A stretch of 64,000 nt of DNA from positions 177,400 to 241,399 of the IMG/VR virus record IMGVR_UViG_3300043411_000921. One strand, written 5' to 3'. The translations under genes were made by a program, and so were the position numbers. Below, in pieces: positions 26,679-36,910 of this stretch. Under the pieces are notes generated by a model. That model ran no database searches and was not told where the DNA came from. It was given only the letters and a program-made list of their open reading frames with translations. Within the stretch, counting starts at the first letter, position 1. Each line of letters starts with the position of its first letter.

Positions 26679-26969
26679 ATGAGTTTCGGGGATGTCAAAA
26701 CAGAGATCGTTCCAAAGGGTGTTATCAGCACCCTCGGAGATGGAAGCCTCAGAATCACAGTCCCAACAACTTTTGAAAACTCTGTCACATCAACACATCT
26801 TAGCGGAGCACAACTCCCGATCGTCCGTCAAATCCCCACCTCAACGCTACGGCACTTATACGCCTTATTAGAGGCTTCAAATCATTCCAAGCCACTCTCA
26901 CCCAACCAAGATATTCTCGGGCGCTATAAAGCATCCTGGAGCGATTTAGGTTTGGAGGAATTCGCATAG
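26679..26969 (+). CDS. hypothetical protein (C-terminus formed by a family A element)
   Basis: TAGTTA at 26667, 6 nt before the ATG. Confidence 0.55.
   Translation: MSFGDVKTEIVPKGVISTLGDGSLRITVPTTFENSVTSTHLSGAQLPIVRQIPTSTLRHLYALLEASNHSKPLSPNQDILGRYKASWSDLGLEEFA
26846..26950 (+). repeat. family A element, copy 6
   Basis: AACGCTACGGCACTTATACGCCTTAT (core at 26857); TCCTGGAGCGATTTAGG at 26934 (offset 77). Confidence 0.88.
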
Positions 26970-26997
26970 TGCGGTCTTTGGGAGTTGGTGGAAGTTC

Positions 26998-27609
26998 TCA
27001 AGCCCGTCCCAATTTCTCTTTAAGCTCTTTGATTTTTTCTTGGTATCTGGATTCCAGTTTCAGCAAGATGTTTTCTTGAATATTTTTGATGATTCCTTGC
27101 ACGGATCGCCCCCAGGTTGCATCAACCCATTTGGGTGCGCTCAACGCTGCATGATTCAGTTGGGCTTTAAGACTATCAATCCCTTCTGTGTTCATCCCAA
27201 GCTTTCTTGCCAAATTCTGCAATGCAAGCATGTTGCCGTTACTAAAACCGCCAGCATCGTTTGAAAACGCTCCAAGCCATTTATTCCATTGACTCTCATT
27301 AAATTCCGATCTTGGCGTTTTTGCCAAGTTATAGGTAAGAACATTATACAACGAATTCAGGTTGAGAGCTTTGTTTTCTTCTCCGCTTTTTTCCTTGTAT
27401 TGTTGGTAGGCATATTCCAAGCTGGCCAATTCATCCTTTTCTTTTCCCCGCATACCAACACCAGCAGCCACCTTGTTCCCAAGGCTAGAAAAAATACCTT
27501 CATTGATGAATTCGCCTTGAAAACCAGCTTTCAAAAACTCCTTCATTTCCTGGCGAAAAATAGCAACCCTTAGACTTTCAGAAATTATTTGGTTCAAACT
27601 CTTTTTCAT
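26998..27609 (-). CDS. hypothetical, putative internal head protein
   Basis: MKKSLNQIISES and FINEG motifs; TACTTA upstream. Confidence 0.7.
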   Translation of the reverse strand: MKKSLNQIISESLRVAIFRQEMKEFLKAGFQGEFINEGIFSSLGNKVAAGVGMRGKEKDELASLEYAYQQYKEKSGEENKALNLNSLYNVLTYNLAKTPRSEFNESQWNKWLGAFSNDAGGFSNGNMLALQNLARKLGMNTEGIDSLKAQLNHAALSAPKWVDATWGRSVQGIIKNIQENILLKLESRYQEKIKELKEKLGRA

Positions 27610-27657
27610 TTTTCTCTACTCCAACTTTTAAGTATTTAGTTGATGGTTCCAAAATAG

Positions 27658-27695
27658 ACAAGGGGAAGGGCTGAAAATTCAGCCCTTCCCCTTGT
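27658..27695 (-). terminator. strong hairpin after the major capsid gene
   Basis: ACAAGGGGAAGGGCTGAA-AA-TTCAGCCCTTCCCCTTGT. Confidence 0.75.
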
Positions 27696-27738
27696 TTGTT
27701 GGTTCAAATCCTCTCTTTTAGAGGACCATTTTTCTAAC

Positions 27739-29706
27739 TTATAGGATTGACATGTCGAGAACTGTGACCGTTGCGTAGAAGTCGGAGCGAACCATCTTCT
27801 TTCCGTAACGGGTCATGATTCCCTTACGAGGAGTGAAGTCCTCTTGACCGTAGATCACAGGGGTCAGGATAAGAGGAACGTAAGGAGCGTAGATGTATCC
27901 AGACTCCAGGAAGGTTGAACCCTTGAGGCCCAGAAGAATCTTGTTCACTGGGAAGTAAGGGTCAATGAAGACCGAGTAACGACCGTTCACTGTTCCTGTG
28001 GCTTCTGCACCGATGCTCATGTTGTCACGAACTTGTCCATCGCTGTCGATTTTGTAGTTCGCACGGTAAGCAACTGTTGCTTCGAGGATTGTGCCGACTT
28101 CTGGAGAGCACACGATGAAGTTGCCAGATCCGCGAAGAGTCTTCTTGTGGATGACGTTTGCAGCGTCGGTGATGGTTCCGATAAGTGTCTCGTACCATTC
28201 ACGGGATGTTCCAGCGAATTGTGGACCTGGGTAAACAGTGCTTGTGCGAGCAACTTCTGTTCCGGTTTGCTTGTTAACAAAGCGGCCTGGAGCGCGGCTC
28301 CAGAAGTAGTTGGCAGCAGTTGCCTGAGTCAACAGGTCGTTCAAGATTTCACGGTCAATATCCAGAGTGATCATTTCACTGAGGATGTTTGTGAGTTCTG
28401 CTTCCACGTCGAGGGAGTAGAACGCTGTGAGGTCTTGAGCCATTTCTGGGGACCAACGAGCGCGCAGCTTCCTTGTGGTTGCAGTCACAGAAACGCTGTC
28501 AATCTTGATGTCAACGTCTGGGATCCTTGGGCTTGCATCAACCGCGAAGTTAGATTCGAAGCTTGGGATTGTCAGAGCGGAACCATCGGAGTTGACGGAG
28601 AGTTGGTCAGCAATTGGGCAAGAAGCTGTGATTGCGGAGAGACCACCACCGAGACCTGCGTTTGGAGTTGCACCCACTGGAGGTGTTCCACCTTGAGGCA
28701 GAGCCATCGCAAACATCAAGTGCGTTCCGTTAAATGGATCAGGAACGAAGGTAGAAGCTGTGCCGTTATCTGTCCAGTTACCACGCTTTGTAAAGCGGCG
28801 GAAGTTCAAAACTCCTTCACCTTGTTGGTAGGTTTGTGGAACGGAAGTGAAGTTGGAGCTAGAAGCACCCAAACCAACCACTGCGATTTGCTCAACGGAG
28901 TTGAGGTCGGCACCGTTAACGGCTGTTGTGAGAGCAGAAGCGGAAACCACCATGAAGGTGAAGTCCAGAGCGTTCACATCAACGTCTGTGGAGAGGGTAG
29001 GATCGTAGTCAACGAAACGTGCGTTGTAACCAACAAAGCCTGCGGAAGCGGACACGGAAGAACCGGAGAGCCAGGAAGTACCGCCGCTCCATGAACCCAG
29101 GATGACTTCATCTTGAGCAAGAACGCCACGAACGTGAACCTTGGAATAACCGGAACCAATCAGGTTATATTGACCACCAGCAGCAAGCGAACCGCTTGTG
29201 CGGATTGTGGAACCAGATGGGTTGGTGTAGATTGATTGGCCACGACCGTATGTCGCTGCGCCGGGATCAGAACCCACTGCAAATTGGTTTGCGCTTGCAC
29301 CGGCATCACCACCGACATAGGAGCCGTAGGTGTAGTCCAGATAGAAGAGCAGACCAGAAGGAAGGCTCATTGGCTGGACGGAGACAATTTCATTTGCAAC
29401 GAGGCCAGCAAACACTCTACGAACGATTGGGAATGCCACGTTCGTGAAACCAGCAACCTGACCAGAAGAGGCAAGGCCAGCTCCACCTGTGGACAGGGAG
29501 AGGCTTTCGTTCAACATTGAGCTTCCGCCCTTGAGAACTTCGACTGCTTGGTTTTCAAGCAGTCTTGCCATCTTTTGACGACCTGCAACGGACAGACCTT
29601 CGAGAAGACCTGTTTTGTTCCATTTGTTGACGATTCTTTCGTCTGCGGTGTTGGCTGTCCTTTGGATACCTTCTGCCAACTGTGAAAGTGTCAGATTTCT
29701 TGACAT
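27739..29706 (-). CDS. major capsid protein (T4 gp23-like) with large insertion
   Basis: KW.KTGLLEGL, LLENQ, PIVRRVF, VQPMSLPSGLLFYLD, TRKLRARWSPEMAQDL, YAPYVPL, FTPRKGIMTRY. Confidence 0.96.
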   Translation of the reverse strand: MSRNLTLSQLAEGIQRTANTADERIVNKWNKTGLLEGLSVAGRQKMARLLENQAVEVLKGGSSMLNESLSLSTGGAGLASSGQVAGFTNVAFPIVRRVFAGLVANEIVSVQPMSLPSGLLFYLDYTYGSYVGGDAGASANQFAVGSDPGAATYGRGQSIYTNPSGSTIRTSGSLAAGGQYNLIGSGYSKVHVRGVLAQDEVILGSWSGGTSWLSGSSVSASAGFVGYNARFVDYDPTLSTDVDVNALDFTFMVVSASALTTAVNGADLNSVEQIAVVGLGASSSNFTSVPQTYQQGEGVLNFRRFTKRGNWTDNGTASTFVPDPFNGTHLMFAMALPQGGTPPVGATPNAGLGGGLSAITASCPIADQLSVNSDGSALTIPSFESNFAVDASPRIPDVDIKIDSVSVTATTRKLRARWSPEMAQDLTAFYSLDVEAELTNILSEMITLDIDREILNDLLTQATAANYFWSRAPGRFVNKQTGTEVARTSTVYPGPQFAGTSREWYETLIGTITDAANVIHKKTLRGSGNFIVCSPEVGTILEATVAYRANYKIDSDGQVRDNMSIGAEATGTVNGRYSVFIDPYFPVNKILLGLKGSTFLESGYIYAPYVPLILTPVIYGQEDFTPRKGIMTRYGKKMVRSDFYATVTVLDMSIL

Positions 29707-29761
29707 TGTTTTATTACTCCCTTTGTTTCTTTCTGTAAATGCGTGTGAGCCTAACTATGGC

Positions 29762-31912
29762 TCATTTTGTGGACTTCTTCACACCAGCAAGCAATTGCCA
29801 GCGGGAAGTATCGAAGCTAGGTTCAGCCGCTTGTGCTCCGAGCATTCTGGAGCCTCTCTCAGCAGATTCGGACAGGGTTGTTGTGCCCTTGGCTTTGTCC
29901 AAAACTCTGGAGATGCGGTTGTAAACTTCCTTGGCTTCTTGGATTGTTTGGGCCTTGTCGAGGTACTCAACGATTTTGCGCTTTTGCGCCCCGGACAAAT
30001 TGTCACGCACAAACAGTTTGTTGACATACAGAGACCTTGCAGTCAGCACTTGGGTTTCAGCCAGTTGACCACGAAGGATCTTGTTTTCTTGCAATGCGGA
30101 AACAGCTTTTGGTGTTGCTTTGCCGTTCTTCTTGCCCTTGGCGGACTCAGCAAGCATTTCGTCGGATTCTGGTTCTTCACCTTCGCCGTGTTCGGAACCT
30201 TCTTCTCCACCCATGTCGAGATCAATGTCGTCCAGGCCACCTTCTGCACCAGTGGAATCCATTGGTTGACCATCGACAGAAACATTCACGTTTTCAACGC
30301 TGCCACCGTCAACACCATCAAGGTCAATGGTGAGAGAGAGATGATCAGCAATGTCACCTTCGGAATCATCCATTGAAACTTCTGCTTCCTCGCCACCAGG
30401 AGCTTCGACTTCTTCCTCGGCAGCAGCAGCAGCAGCAAGTTCGGCTTGTTCTTTGAGAGCCTTCAGGCGAGCACGAATCTTCTTGGCTTCAGCAACAACT
30501 TCTTCATCGGAGATTTCGAGCATCATGTCATCTCCATCAGAAATGACTTCTTCGCCCTCACCTTCTTCGCCCTCACCTTCTTCGCCGTCGTAACCCATCT
30601 CAGCCATCATTGCGGCAACTTCCTCTTCCAGTTGTTCCAGAAGAGATTCACCAGAAGGCTTGCCCGGCCAGTCTTTCTTTTCCTTGGTTGGGAAAGGAGC
30701 CTTCTCAGCTTCTGCCTTTACTCCGGCTGTGTTTCCAGAAGACTTCTTGGCGTGTTCGTCAGAACCACCTTCGGATTCACCCGCAGGGCTAACTTTGCCT
30801 ACGTTGTGCTCAAACCCTTCTGCCCCTTCGAAAAGTTGACGAAGCAGAGCTTTTACTGATGTGTTTTGTGTTGCCTTAGACATTGTTTTTGTACCCTTTA
30901 CAAGCGGAATTGCGAGATAACTATTGATAACAGCGAGGTTTTCCCGCAGAAGACCAATGCGGTGCTCCTCAAGACGAAAAGTGCTGTTGGAAATCAACTT
31001 CGCTTTGTTGAGACTTTCCAAACCTTCATAAAGACGGAACAACTCTTTTTCTTGAGCCTTCACTGCTCCTTCTGACAAAGGAGAATTTCCTGGTTTCCTA
31101 AGAGCCAAGATTTCTTCTTCCTTTGCTTCGAGCATTCCTTTCAAGGCTTCGTAAGCCTCACTCATCATCGGAGCTTGTTCCCCTGGAGCAGTGACATCTT
31201 CCGCATTTGCAGCAATCGGAGGTTTCGCTGCTTGTTCTTTGATGAACTTGGCAACAACCTTATGGATCTCTGCCAGAGGACTTGGGGCGGGAAGCTCTTC
31301 TTCGGGTGATGGAGGAGGAACGGCTGTGTCCATCCCTGGAACGGGTGGAGTTGCTGGGGGAGGCATTCCTTCTGTTGCAGCAGCCATAGGATCCGCAGCA
31401 GGAGGCGTTGCATCCATTCCTGTTGGTGGAACTTCCGAAGTTGCTGTCATTGCTGGATTGGTTTCTTTTTGGAAGAGAGCATCCACGGGAATGACAATTT
31501 GTTGTTCCCCAGCGGGACCAACGTCAATCTTTCCAAGAACGGGAGAACCAGGGGAAGCGATTGGAGGAGAAGCTGCTGAAACGGCTGGTGGCATGGAAGG
31601 CATTCCAGTTCCAGACATTGGAGGTGGAGGTGCAATTTCCGCAGAGGTTGGTGTTGGGGAAATTGGTCCTGTTGCACCAGCATCTGGGCTTGGGGCAGGA
31701 GGAGCGGGAGGAGGGAGTTCTTCTGCTGGGAGTGATTCCTCTTGTTCCAGAATGATCCCTGAAATTTCCTTGTCGATCATTTGTTTGATGACTGGGGCAA
31801 CGGCTTCAAGCACGGCTGCTTTTGCTTCTGCTGTTGCTGCCTCACGAAGTTTTCTCGCTTCAATCAAGGCTTCTTGAAACAGTGGGGTTGTTGTTGACAT
31901 CATGTTCTCCAA
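29762..31912 (-). CDS. prohead scaffold/core protein (gp22-like)
   Basis: Acidic and Pro-rich, coiled coils, many LxE sites, C-terminal RWQLLAG; directly upstream of the MCP. Confidence 0.75.
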   Translation of the reverse strand: MENMMSTTTPLFQEALIEARKLREAATAEAKAAVLEAVAPVIKQMIDKEISGIILEQEESLPAEELPPPAPPAPSPDAGATGPISPTPTSAEIAPPPPMSGTGMPSMPPAVSAASPPIASPGSPVLGKIDVGPAGEQQIVIPVDALFQKETNPAMTATSEVPPTGMDATPPAADPMAAATEGMPPPATPPVPGMDTAVPPPSPEEELPAPSPLAEIHKVVAKFIKEQAAKPPIAANAEDVTAPGEQAPMMSEAYEALKGMLEAKEEEILALRKPGNSPLSEGAVKAQEKELFRLYEGLESLNKAKLISNSTFRLEEHRIGLLRENLAVINSYLAIPLVKGTKTMSKATQNTSVKALLRQLFEGAEGFEHNVGKVSPAGESEGGSDEHAKKSSGNTAGVKAEAEKAPFPTKEKKDWPGKPSGESLLEQLEEEVAAMMAEMGYDGEEGEGEEGEGEEVISDGDDMMLEISDEEVVAEAKKIRARLKALKEQAELAAAAAAEEEVEAPGGEEAEVSMDDSEGDIADHLSLTIDLDGVDGGSVENVNVSVDGQPMDSTGAEGGLDDIDLDMGGEEGSEHGEGEEPESDEMLAESAKGKKNGKATPKAVSALQENKILRGQLAETQVLTARSLYVNKLFVRDNLSGAQKRKIVEYLDKAQTIQEAKEVYNRISRVLDKAKGTTTLSESAERGSRMLGAQAAEPSFDTSRWQLLAGVKKSTK

Positions 31913-31933
31913 AAACTAGGTATTTCTCAAAAC

Positions 31934-32566
31934 TCACACAGGACGTGGGAATTGACCTCTTGCACCTTCAGGAGAAGTCCCAGTTGTTGCACCTGAGCCA
32001 ACACCAATTCTAAAACGTCTAACAGCACCAACGTTTGTTACTCTGGTAAGGGCGTCAGTATTTCTGTGCGCCTCATTAGCAGGGTTATCCAGTGGCGCTG
32101 CCCCTTGCTCCAAAACCTGCAAAACCTGAGTGGACGTACTCAAAATGCCTCGTAGAGCGTTTGGATTTACACCATTTCCTTCTCCAGGAGAAGCGATGGT
32201 TGGAGTAAAAGCATTTCCGAGTTTCAACGTGTTTCTTTCTTCTTCAGTAAGAACAATTGGCTTCACTCTTGGATCTGTGTATTCTGGGCTTGTTGCTTGT
32301 GGACCTTTTGGAATAAAGTCTCTGGAGTATTGAGGGAAATCTGGGTTCTGACCTCCAGCACCAGGAGTTGCAAAGTCTTCTGGTCTAACCATCAGAGCAC
32401 GAGCATCTTCAAGCGCAACTCTTTGTTGTTCAGCAGTGATTGCTGAACCGATAAAAGCTGCTTGGAGGCTTGTTTGATTTCGGATGCCAAGAGTTCCAGC
32501 CGCTGGACCAGTGCCAAATGGCCTGGATGGAGGTGAAACGTTAGATTCGTATTTTGGTGGGGACAT
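31934..32566 (-). CDS. hypothetical virion-module protein
   Basis: 210 aa; AGGAG RBS; TAGTTA at 32594. Confidence 0.7.
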   Translation of the reverse strand: MSPPKYESNVSPPSRPFGTGPAAGTLGIRNQTSLQAAFIGSAITAEQQRVALEDARALMVRPEDFATPGAGGQNPDFPQYSRDFIPKGPQATSPEYTDPRVKPIVLTEEERNTLKLGNAFTPTIASPGEGNGVNPNALRGILSTSTQVLQVLEQGAAPLDNPANEAHRNTDALTRVTNVGAVRRFRIGVGSGATTGTSPEGARGQFPRPV

Positions 32567-32615
32567 GTGTCATAACTCCTTGTTTGTATGGAGTAACTAT
32601 GACAACAGGGTGGGA

Positions 32616-33266
32616 TTAGAAGGAATTGGTCTTGTTCATACCTGGGAGGCTTCCACCACCAGGAGCAAAGCCACCAGGAGGTCTGTTCACAATCGGCTTG
32701 TTGAAAGCCAACCGTGCCCAAGGTGAAGCCGCTGCTTCATTCAGCATTCCAGCAGGTTGAGGAGGTTGAAAGTTTGGATCCCTTGGAGGAAGAAGATTCC
32801 TTGGCACAGCTTGTTGCTGTGGTTGAAATGCTTGAGGCATTGGAACCTGTTGCTGTGGAAAACCAAAAGGTTGCTGTGTTGGAACCTGTTGTTGCAAGGG
32901 TTGCTGAAACATTGGGAATTGATTCAAGCTCACACCTTCCGCGATATGATTCTCTTGAGCATCTCTCTCAGGAATGGTTCTCATCATTGTGTCCATGAAA
33001 ATCTCATTCATCACAGATGCTTGTTTGGGGTTTCCTCTTGCAGCAGCAATGGCAGCAGCTTGAATTCTTGGATCAACAGCAGCCTGCATTTGTGGCGGCA
33101 TCATTCCCATCTGTTGTTGACTTTCCATGACAAGACTGCTAAACATGTTGTTGAAAGCACCTTCGGAAATCAGTTCTCTGAGACTTTCCTTGACAACGGC
33201 TTTGAATTCAGACCTTGAGATTTTCAGACCTTTGGTGTTGCTGGATGTTGGTTGGGCTGGTTTCAT
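32616..33266 (-). CDS. Gln/Pro/Met-rich prohead core-like protein
   Basis: KAVVKESLRELISE leader; adjacent to the protease. Confidence 0.7.
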   Translation of the reverse strand: MKPAQPTSSNTKGLKISRSEFKAVVKESLRELISEGAFNNMFSSLVMESQQQMGMMPPQMQAAVDPRIQAAAIAAARGNPKQASVMNEIFMDTMMRTIPERDAQENHIAEGVSLNQFPMFQQPLQQQVPTQQPFGFPQQQVPMPQAFQPQQQAVPRNLLPPRDPNFQPPQPAGMLNEAAASPWARLAFNKPIVNRPPGGFAPGGGSLPGMNKTNSF

Positions 33267-33267
33267 T

Positions 33268-33888
33268 TTATTTCTTCCTCATCGAGAGAATATCGTTTGC
33301 TACTCGATCTACCAAATCAGCTTTAGTGAAAACCTTTCGAACGACTGATGGGTCATACTCTTTTGCTTCAGCAAGATACATGAAGGCTTGCGGAGTCGAT
33401 GGTTCACTCACAAAGTCCCAGCAAATAATCTGAAGATCTTCTTGAACAACGTTGACGTTGTTTTCTTTCTGAAGAGAACCAAGTGCTCGGCTGGAGATTC
33501 CAGGTCTGCACTTTCTGCTGATAAGAGCTTCAATGATTTTGCCGGAAGGTGTTGGGAGGATTTCAACCTTTCCATAAACCACATCCCCTTCCATCCAGAT
33601 CTCTCTGATGACGTGTGAGATGTTTTTCATGTTAACGATTGGTTCGTTGGCATGATCCAGTTCCCCAAAGGCTCTGTCTTCTCTGATGAGCTTCTCGTAG
33701 TTCCGAACTTCACGCTGGAGGATGTCTCTTGGGTAGACTCTTCCGTTTTGGTTCAGGGTGTTTGCCTTTTGAAGAATACCCTTGAGAATGAGTGGTTTGC
33801 CTTCAACGTAACTGTTGACTGCTTCGTCGTCATATTCAAAACTTGCAACTTCTTTCAAGAGAAGAGTTTTGTTGTTTGGGGTTGTCAT
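33268..33888 (-). CDS. prohead core protease (T4 gp21-like)
   Basis: NQNGRVYP, GELDH, SH, TPSGKI, GISSRALGS, DFVSEPSTPQA. Confidence 0.95.
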   Translation of the reverse strand: MTTPNNKTLLLKEVASFEYDDEAVNSYVEGKPLILKGILQKANTLNQNGRVYPRDILQREVRNYEKLIREDRAFGELDHANEPIVNMKNISHVIREIWMEGDVVYGKVEILPTPSGKIIEALISRKCRPGISSRALGSLQKENNVNVVQEDLQIICWDFVSEPSTPQAFMYLAEAKEYDPSVVRKVFTKADLVDRVANDILSMRKK

Positions 33889-33891
33889 GAT

Positions 33892-34785
33892 TTACTGTTT
33901 CTCCTTGAGTTCTGATTCCAGCTTGGAAAGACCAAGGTAGAAACCAACCGCTTCTTCAGAAAGAAGATCGGTGTTGCTATATTCCTTCATCAACAGACCG
34001 TTGATCGTGTTGAGTTTCTCAGTGAGAATCTTATCGTTTGAGAATTCATGAAGGTTCGCAGCCAAAGTTCTTGAAAACCTTGTTTTCACAGCGGAAAGAC
34101 TTTCGGACAAGGCACGTCTGGAACTTTCATCCTCTTTTGCGAACACAAACAGGTTGATGATATTTTTCTGTTCTGGGCTTAGATGAGCGTACTTCGCATT
34201 CACCTTTTCAGTCATGATACTAACAACAAGTCTGTCAACATCCCCTTCTGTCATGTTTGTTGCGGTTGCTTCTGTCAGAGTTTTTGTTGTCTGCTTGTTT
34301 GATTCCAGCATCCACTCAACTAAGCGATTTTCCAACTCAACCGTTTCAGCAACCAAGGAAACAGATTCTGTGAGAACTTGATCTCTCCAAGTGTTCAGAA
34401 GCACTTGGATGGTTGCTAGCTTCTTGTACTCAGTGATGTTCTCATCAAAGAAGTTGGGACAGTTGAGTTTGTTTGTTACCTCAAGCACAAGTGCTGTCTT
34501 CTCCAAATCAAGTCGAGCTTGGCTTTGGTATTTGACAGAGCCTCTAACCCTTTCAATCAAGTGATAAGCTTGTTCGGGGGTTTTTACATTTGCTTCTGAC
34601 AGTGCTTTGACCAGCTTCAATTCTTTGAAGATGTCGGTGGATGGGTTGAAACTTTTCTTCAACAGCAGCTTGGCTTTTTGAAGATCAGAGTCCCTCCCAT
34701 CCAGCACAGCCTTTCCAATGTATCGAACAAAGAACTCATACAAGAGTCCAGTGTTCCGCTTCTTATTGTGCTTGAGTTTTTGCAT
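33892..34785 (-). CDS. hypothetical head-module protein
   Basis: 297 aa between portal and protease; TAGTTA at 34800. Confidence 0.75.
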   Translation of the reverse strand: MQKLKHNKKRNTGLLYEFFVRYIGKAVLDGRDSDLQKAKLLLKKSFNPSTDIFKELKLVKALSEANVKTPEQAYHLIERVRGSVKYQSQARLDLEKTALVLEVTNKLNCPNFFDENITEYKKLATIQVLLNTWRDQVLTESVSLVAETVELENRLVEWMLESNKQTTKTLTEATATNMTEGDVDRLVVSIMTEKVNAKYAHLSPEQKNIINLFVFAKEDESSRRALSESLSAVKTRFSRTLAANLHEFSNDKILTEKLNTINGLLMKEYSNTDLLSEEAVGFYLGLSKLESELKEKQ

Positions 34786-34808
34786 GGTCTAAATGCGGAT
34801 AACTAGAA

Positions 34809-36893
34809 CTATTCGCTTGAATTCGTAGGATCCTGTTCCCCAGCCAACCCAAGCAACTCGTTCAACATATTCTCTTCTTCTGTTCCCTCTCTTTGGATCC
34901 CTTTCTGGTTATCCTCCACACCCTCAGACATAATCACCTCATTCCCAGGGGTTTTAACACTGAGAACTTCCGCCAAACCCCTCAAGGAAGACTGCAACTC
35001 TTTTGGAAGGCGCCTTCCGATTCTCCTGGCTCTTGCTTCCTCTTGTTCCAACATGAATTTCCGGGTTCCAGCAATGTCGTAGGGATCCTTGGAATATCTG
35101 TTGCCAGTAATATCCAACATGCTCTTGAAATCAGGAAGAGAGAGAGCACGACTGCCGGTGAATTCTTTACTACCCCCTCTATCGCGCTTAAATGCCTTAT
35201 CCAGGCTGGGCGTTGGGTTGAACCTAATTGGGGTGCTTCCACCCTTTTGAGCGCCCTGGATAATCCCCTGGGTGCCTTTACGGGCCTCCTCCCTTGCCTT
35301 GGCAATTGCCGCTTGGTGTTTCCTCTCCATCTCCTCATTCTCAATTTCCAAACTCCTGACTTCTTTTTTGTCGGGAGCAAAAGGAGAGGTTGGGACTTCA
35401 TAGTTCGCCTTGTCGAAAATATCAACGCTGCTTTCCATACTCTTGTCAAACACCGGATTCTCCAGGATCATCTTCAATTCAGCAATCCTGAGTTGGTCTT
35501 GTTTGGCTTCTTGCCAGATGGTGTTGATCTCTTCTGGACGAAGACCAAGAATCTCTCTCTGAATCCAAGGGAAGGAAATGATTCCGGTTTCTTTTCCAAT
35601 ATCAAGAGCCTTGGAGGCTGTTTCAATCTTGCTGGAGATGAGGGCAAGCTTTTGTTGGACGGCAACCGTGGAAGGGTTGGAGAATTTCAGTTCAAAGTTG
35701 AGGAGGTCATCTCCACTGAAACCAAGAGAATAGAGATGGATCATTGCGAGCTTGTCGAGTTCGGCAACGATGATTTTTTGAAGGTGAGAGATGGTTCTGG
35801 AGAAGCGAATATCTTCTTGGGCGAGTGTTGCTTTACTAGAGATGGCTTCGTCGTATGTCAGATAAGCTCTTGGAACCATCAAAGCGGCAATGAGTTTTTT
35901 GTGGATGAACTCGACATCCTCGATTGCCGTTGCGTTTGTAGCTCCTGCCAAAGATTCAATTTTTGTCAAACTGTTTGGTCTTGCTGGGAGGTAGTAGTCC
36001 TCATCAATTGCAAGAGGGTTGTAACGAAAGTCTTGTCTGCCTTGTTGCTGTTCAATGACAGAAGCACCTTTCATTCCCTCTTTGACAGCTTCCATATAAG
36101 AAGGAATGTCGTTCGGGTGAACAGCAGAAACATCAACGTAGAAGACTCTTCGTTCTGGTGATCGAACAAGTCGATAAACCAACATGGAGTCTTCTAACAT
36201 AACGAGCTGACGGAATGGCCTCCTGGCACTCTCCAGGAAGCTTGTTCCATAAGGAAGGAACAAGTCATTTCCCAGAATTCTAAAGTGAAGCATCTGCCAG
36301 TTTTCGAGATACTTCCCTCCTCTGGAGATGAGTCTAAACCTCACGGCATAAGGATCGTTTCGATCAAACCCTTCTTCTCTTTCCACTTCATTGACAGGAA
36401 GAGGTTCGCAGTTGATTACTCCATAATTCGGAACAACTTCAACATACATGAAGTAGTCGCCGTTCTTGACAAGGTTCCTGATCATTCTTCTTCCATTGAA
36501 CTCAATGTTCATCACGTCATAGAAGAGTTCTTCCAGGGCTTTTTGAACCTGTTGGTTGTCACTGTAAATGTGAAAGGTGTTTCCGTTTTCATCGGAGGCA
36601 CAGCTTTCATCGGCATAGATGTTTAGTGCGGTTGCGATGTCTGGGAAACTCTCCATTTCAGCAAACTCGGCATATCGACTCATGCGATCAAGAACGCCGT
36701 AAGCGCCAAGAACAGAGAATGGCGAAGCTTCTTTTTTGAATCCAGACGCACCGTAATAACCAAGGTTGTTTTGGACGACTTGGTTGTCGTAGTAGTTTTT
36801 GTAGTCTTGTCCTTTTACTTTACGTCTGATTGCTGGACCTGATCGAAAGAGTCTTGTGAGACGTTGGTAGAAGGTTTTTTCTTGCTTTGCCAT
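34809..36893 (-). CDS. portal protein (T4 gp20-like)
   Basis: YGTSFLE.AR...QL.MLED.MLVYRLVRSPERRVFYVDV, EDYYLP, LAQEDIRFSR. Confidence 0.95.
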   Translation of the reverse strand: MAKQEKTFYQRLTRLFRSGPAIRRKVKGQDYKNYYDNQVVQNNLGYYGASGFKKEASPFSVLGAYGVLDRMSRYAEFAEMESFPDIATALNIYADESCASDENGNTFHIYSDNQQVQKALEELFYDVMNIEFNGRRMIRNLVKNGDYFMYVEVVPNYGVINCEPLPVNEVEREEGFDRNDPYAVRFRLISRGGKYLENWQMLHFRILGNDLFLPYGTSFLESARRPFRQLVMLEDSMLVYRLVRSPERRVFYVDVSAVHPNDIPSYMEAVKEGMKGASVIEQQQGRQDFRYNPLAIDEDYYLPARPNSLTKIESLAGATNATAIEDVEFIHKKLIAALMVPRAYLTYDEAISSKATLAQEDIRFSRTISHLQKIIVAELDKLAMIHLYSLGFSGDDLLNFELKFSNPSTVAVQQKLALISSKIETASKALDIGKETGIISFPWIQREILGLRPEEINTIWQEAKQDQLRIAELKMILENPVFDKSMESSVDIFDKANYEVPTSPFAPDKKEVRSLEIENEEMERKHQAAIAKAREEARKGTQGIIQGAQKGGSTPIRFNPTPSLDKAFKRDRGGSKEFTGSRALSLPDFKSMLDITGNRYSKDPYDIAGTRKFMLEQEEARARRIGRRLPKELQSSLRGLAEVLSVKTPGNEVIMSEGVEDNQKGIQREGTEEENMLNELLGLAGEQDPTNSSE
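34893..34919 (+). repeat. family B motif, copy 2 (inside the portal 3' end)
   Basis: TTGGATCCCTTTCTGGTTATCCTCCAC. Confidence 0.8.
35178..35282 (+). repeat. family A element, copy 7 (inside portal)
   Basis: TAAATGCCTTAT at 35189; GGATAATC-CCCTGGGTGCCTTTA at 35266 (offset 77). Confidence 0.65.
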
Positions 36894-36910
36894 GCTGTTT
36901 ACTTATCCGT

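Noticed and set aside
28033-36161. Long antisense ORFs (28033..29094, 29615..30376, 31191..31877, 34893..36161)
   Set aside because: They are shadows of MCP, scaffold and portal caused by codon bias; no motifs or RBS.
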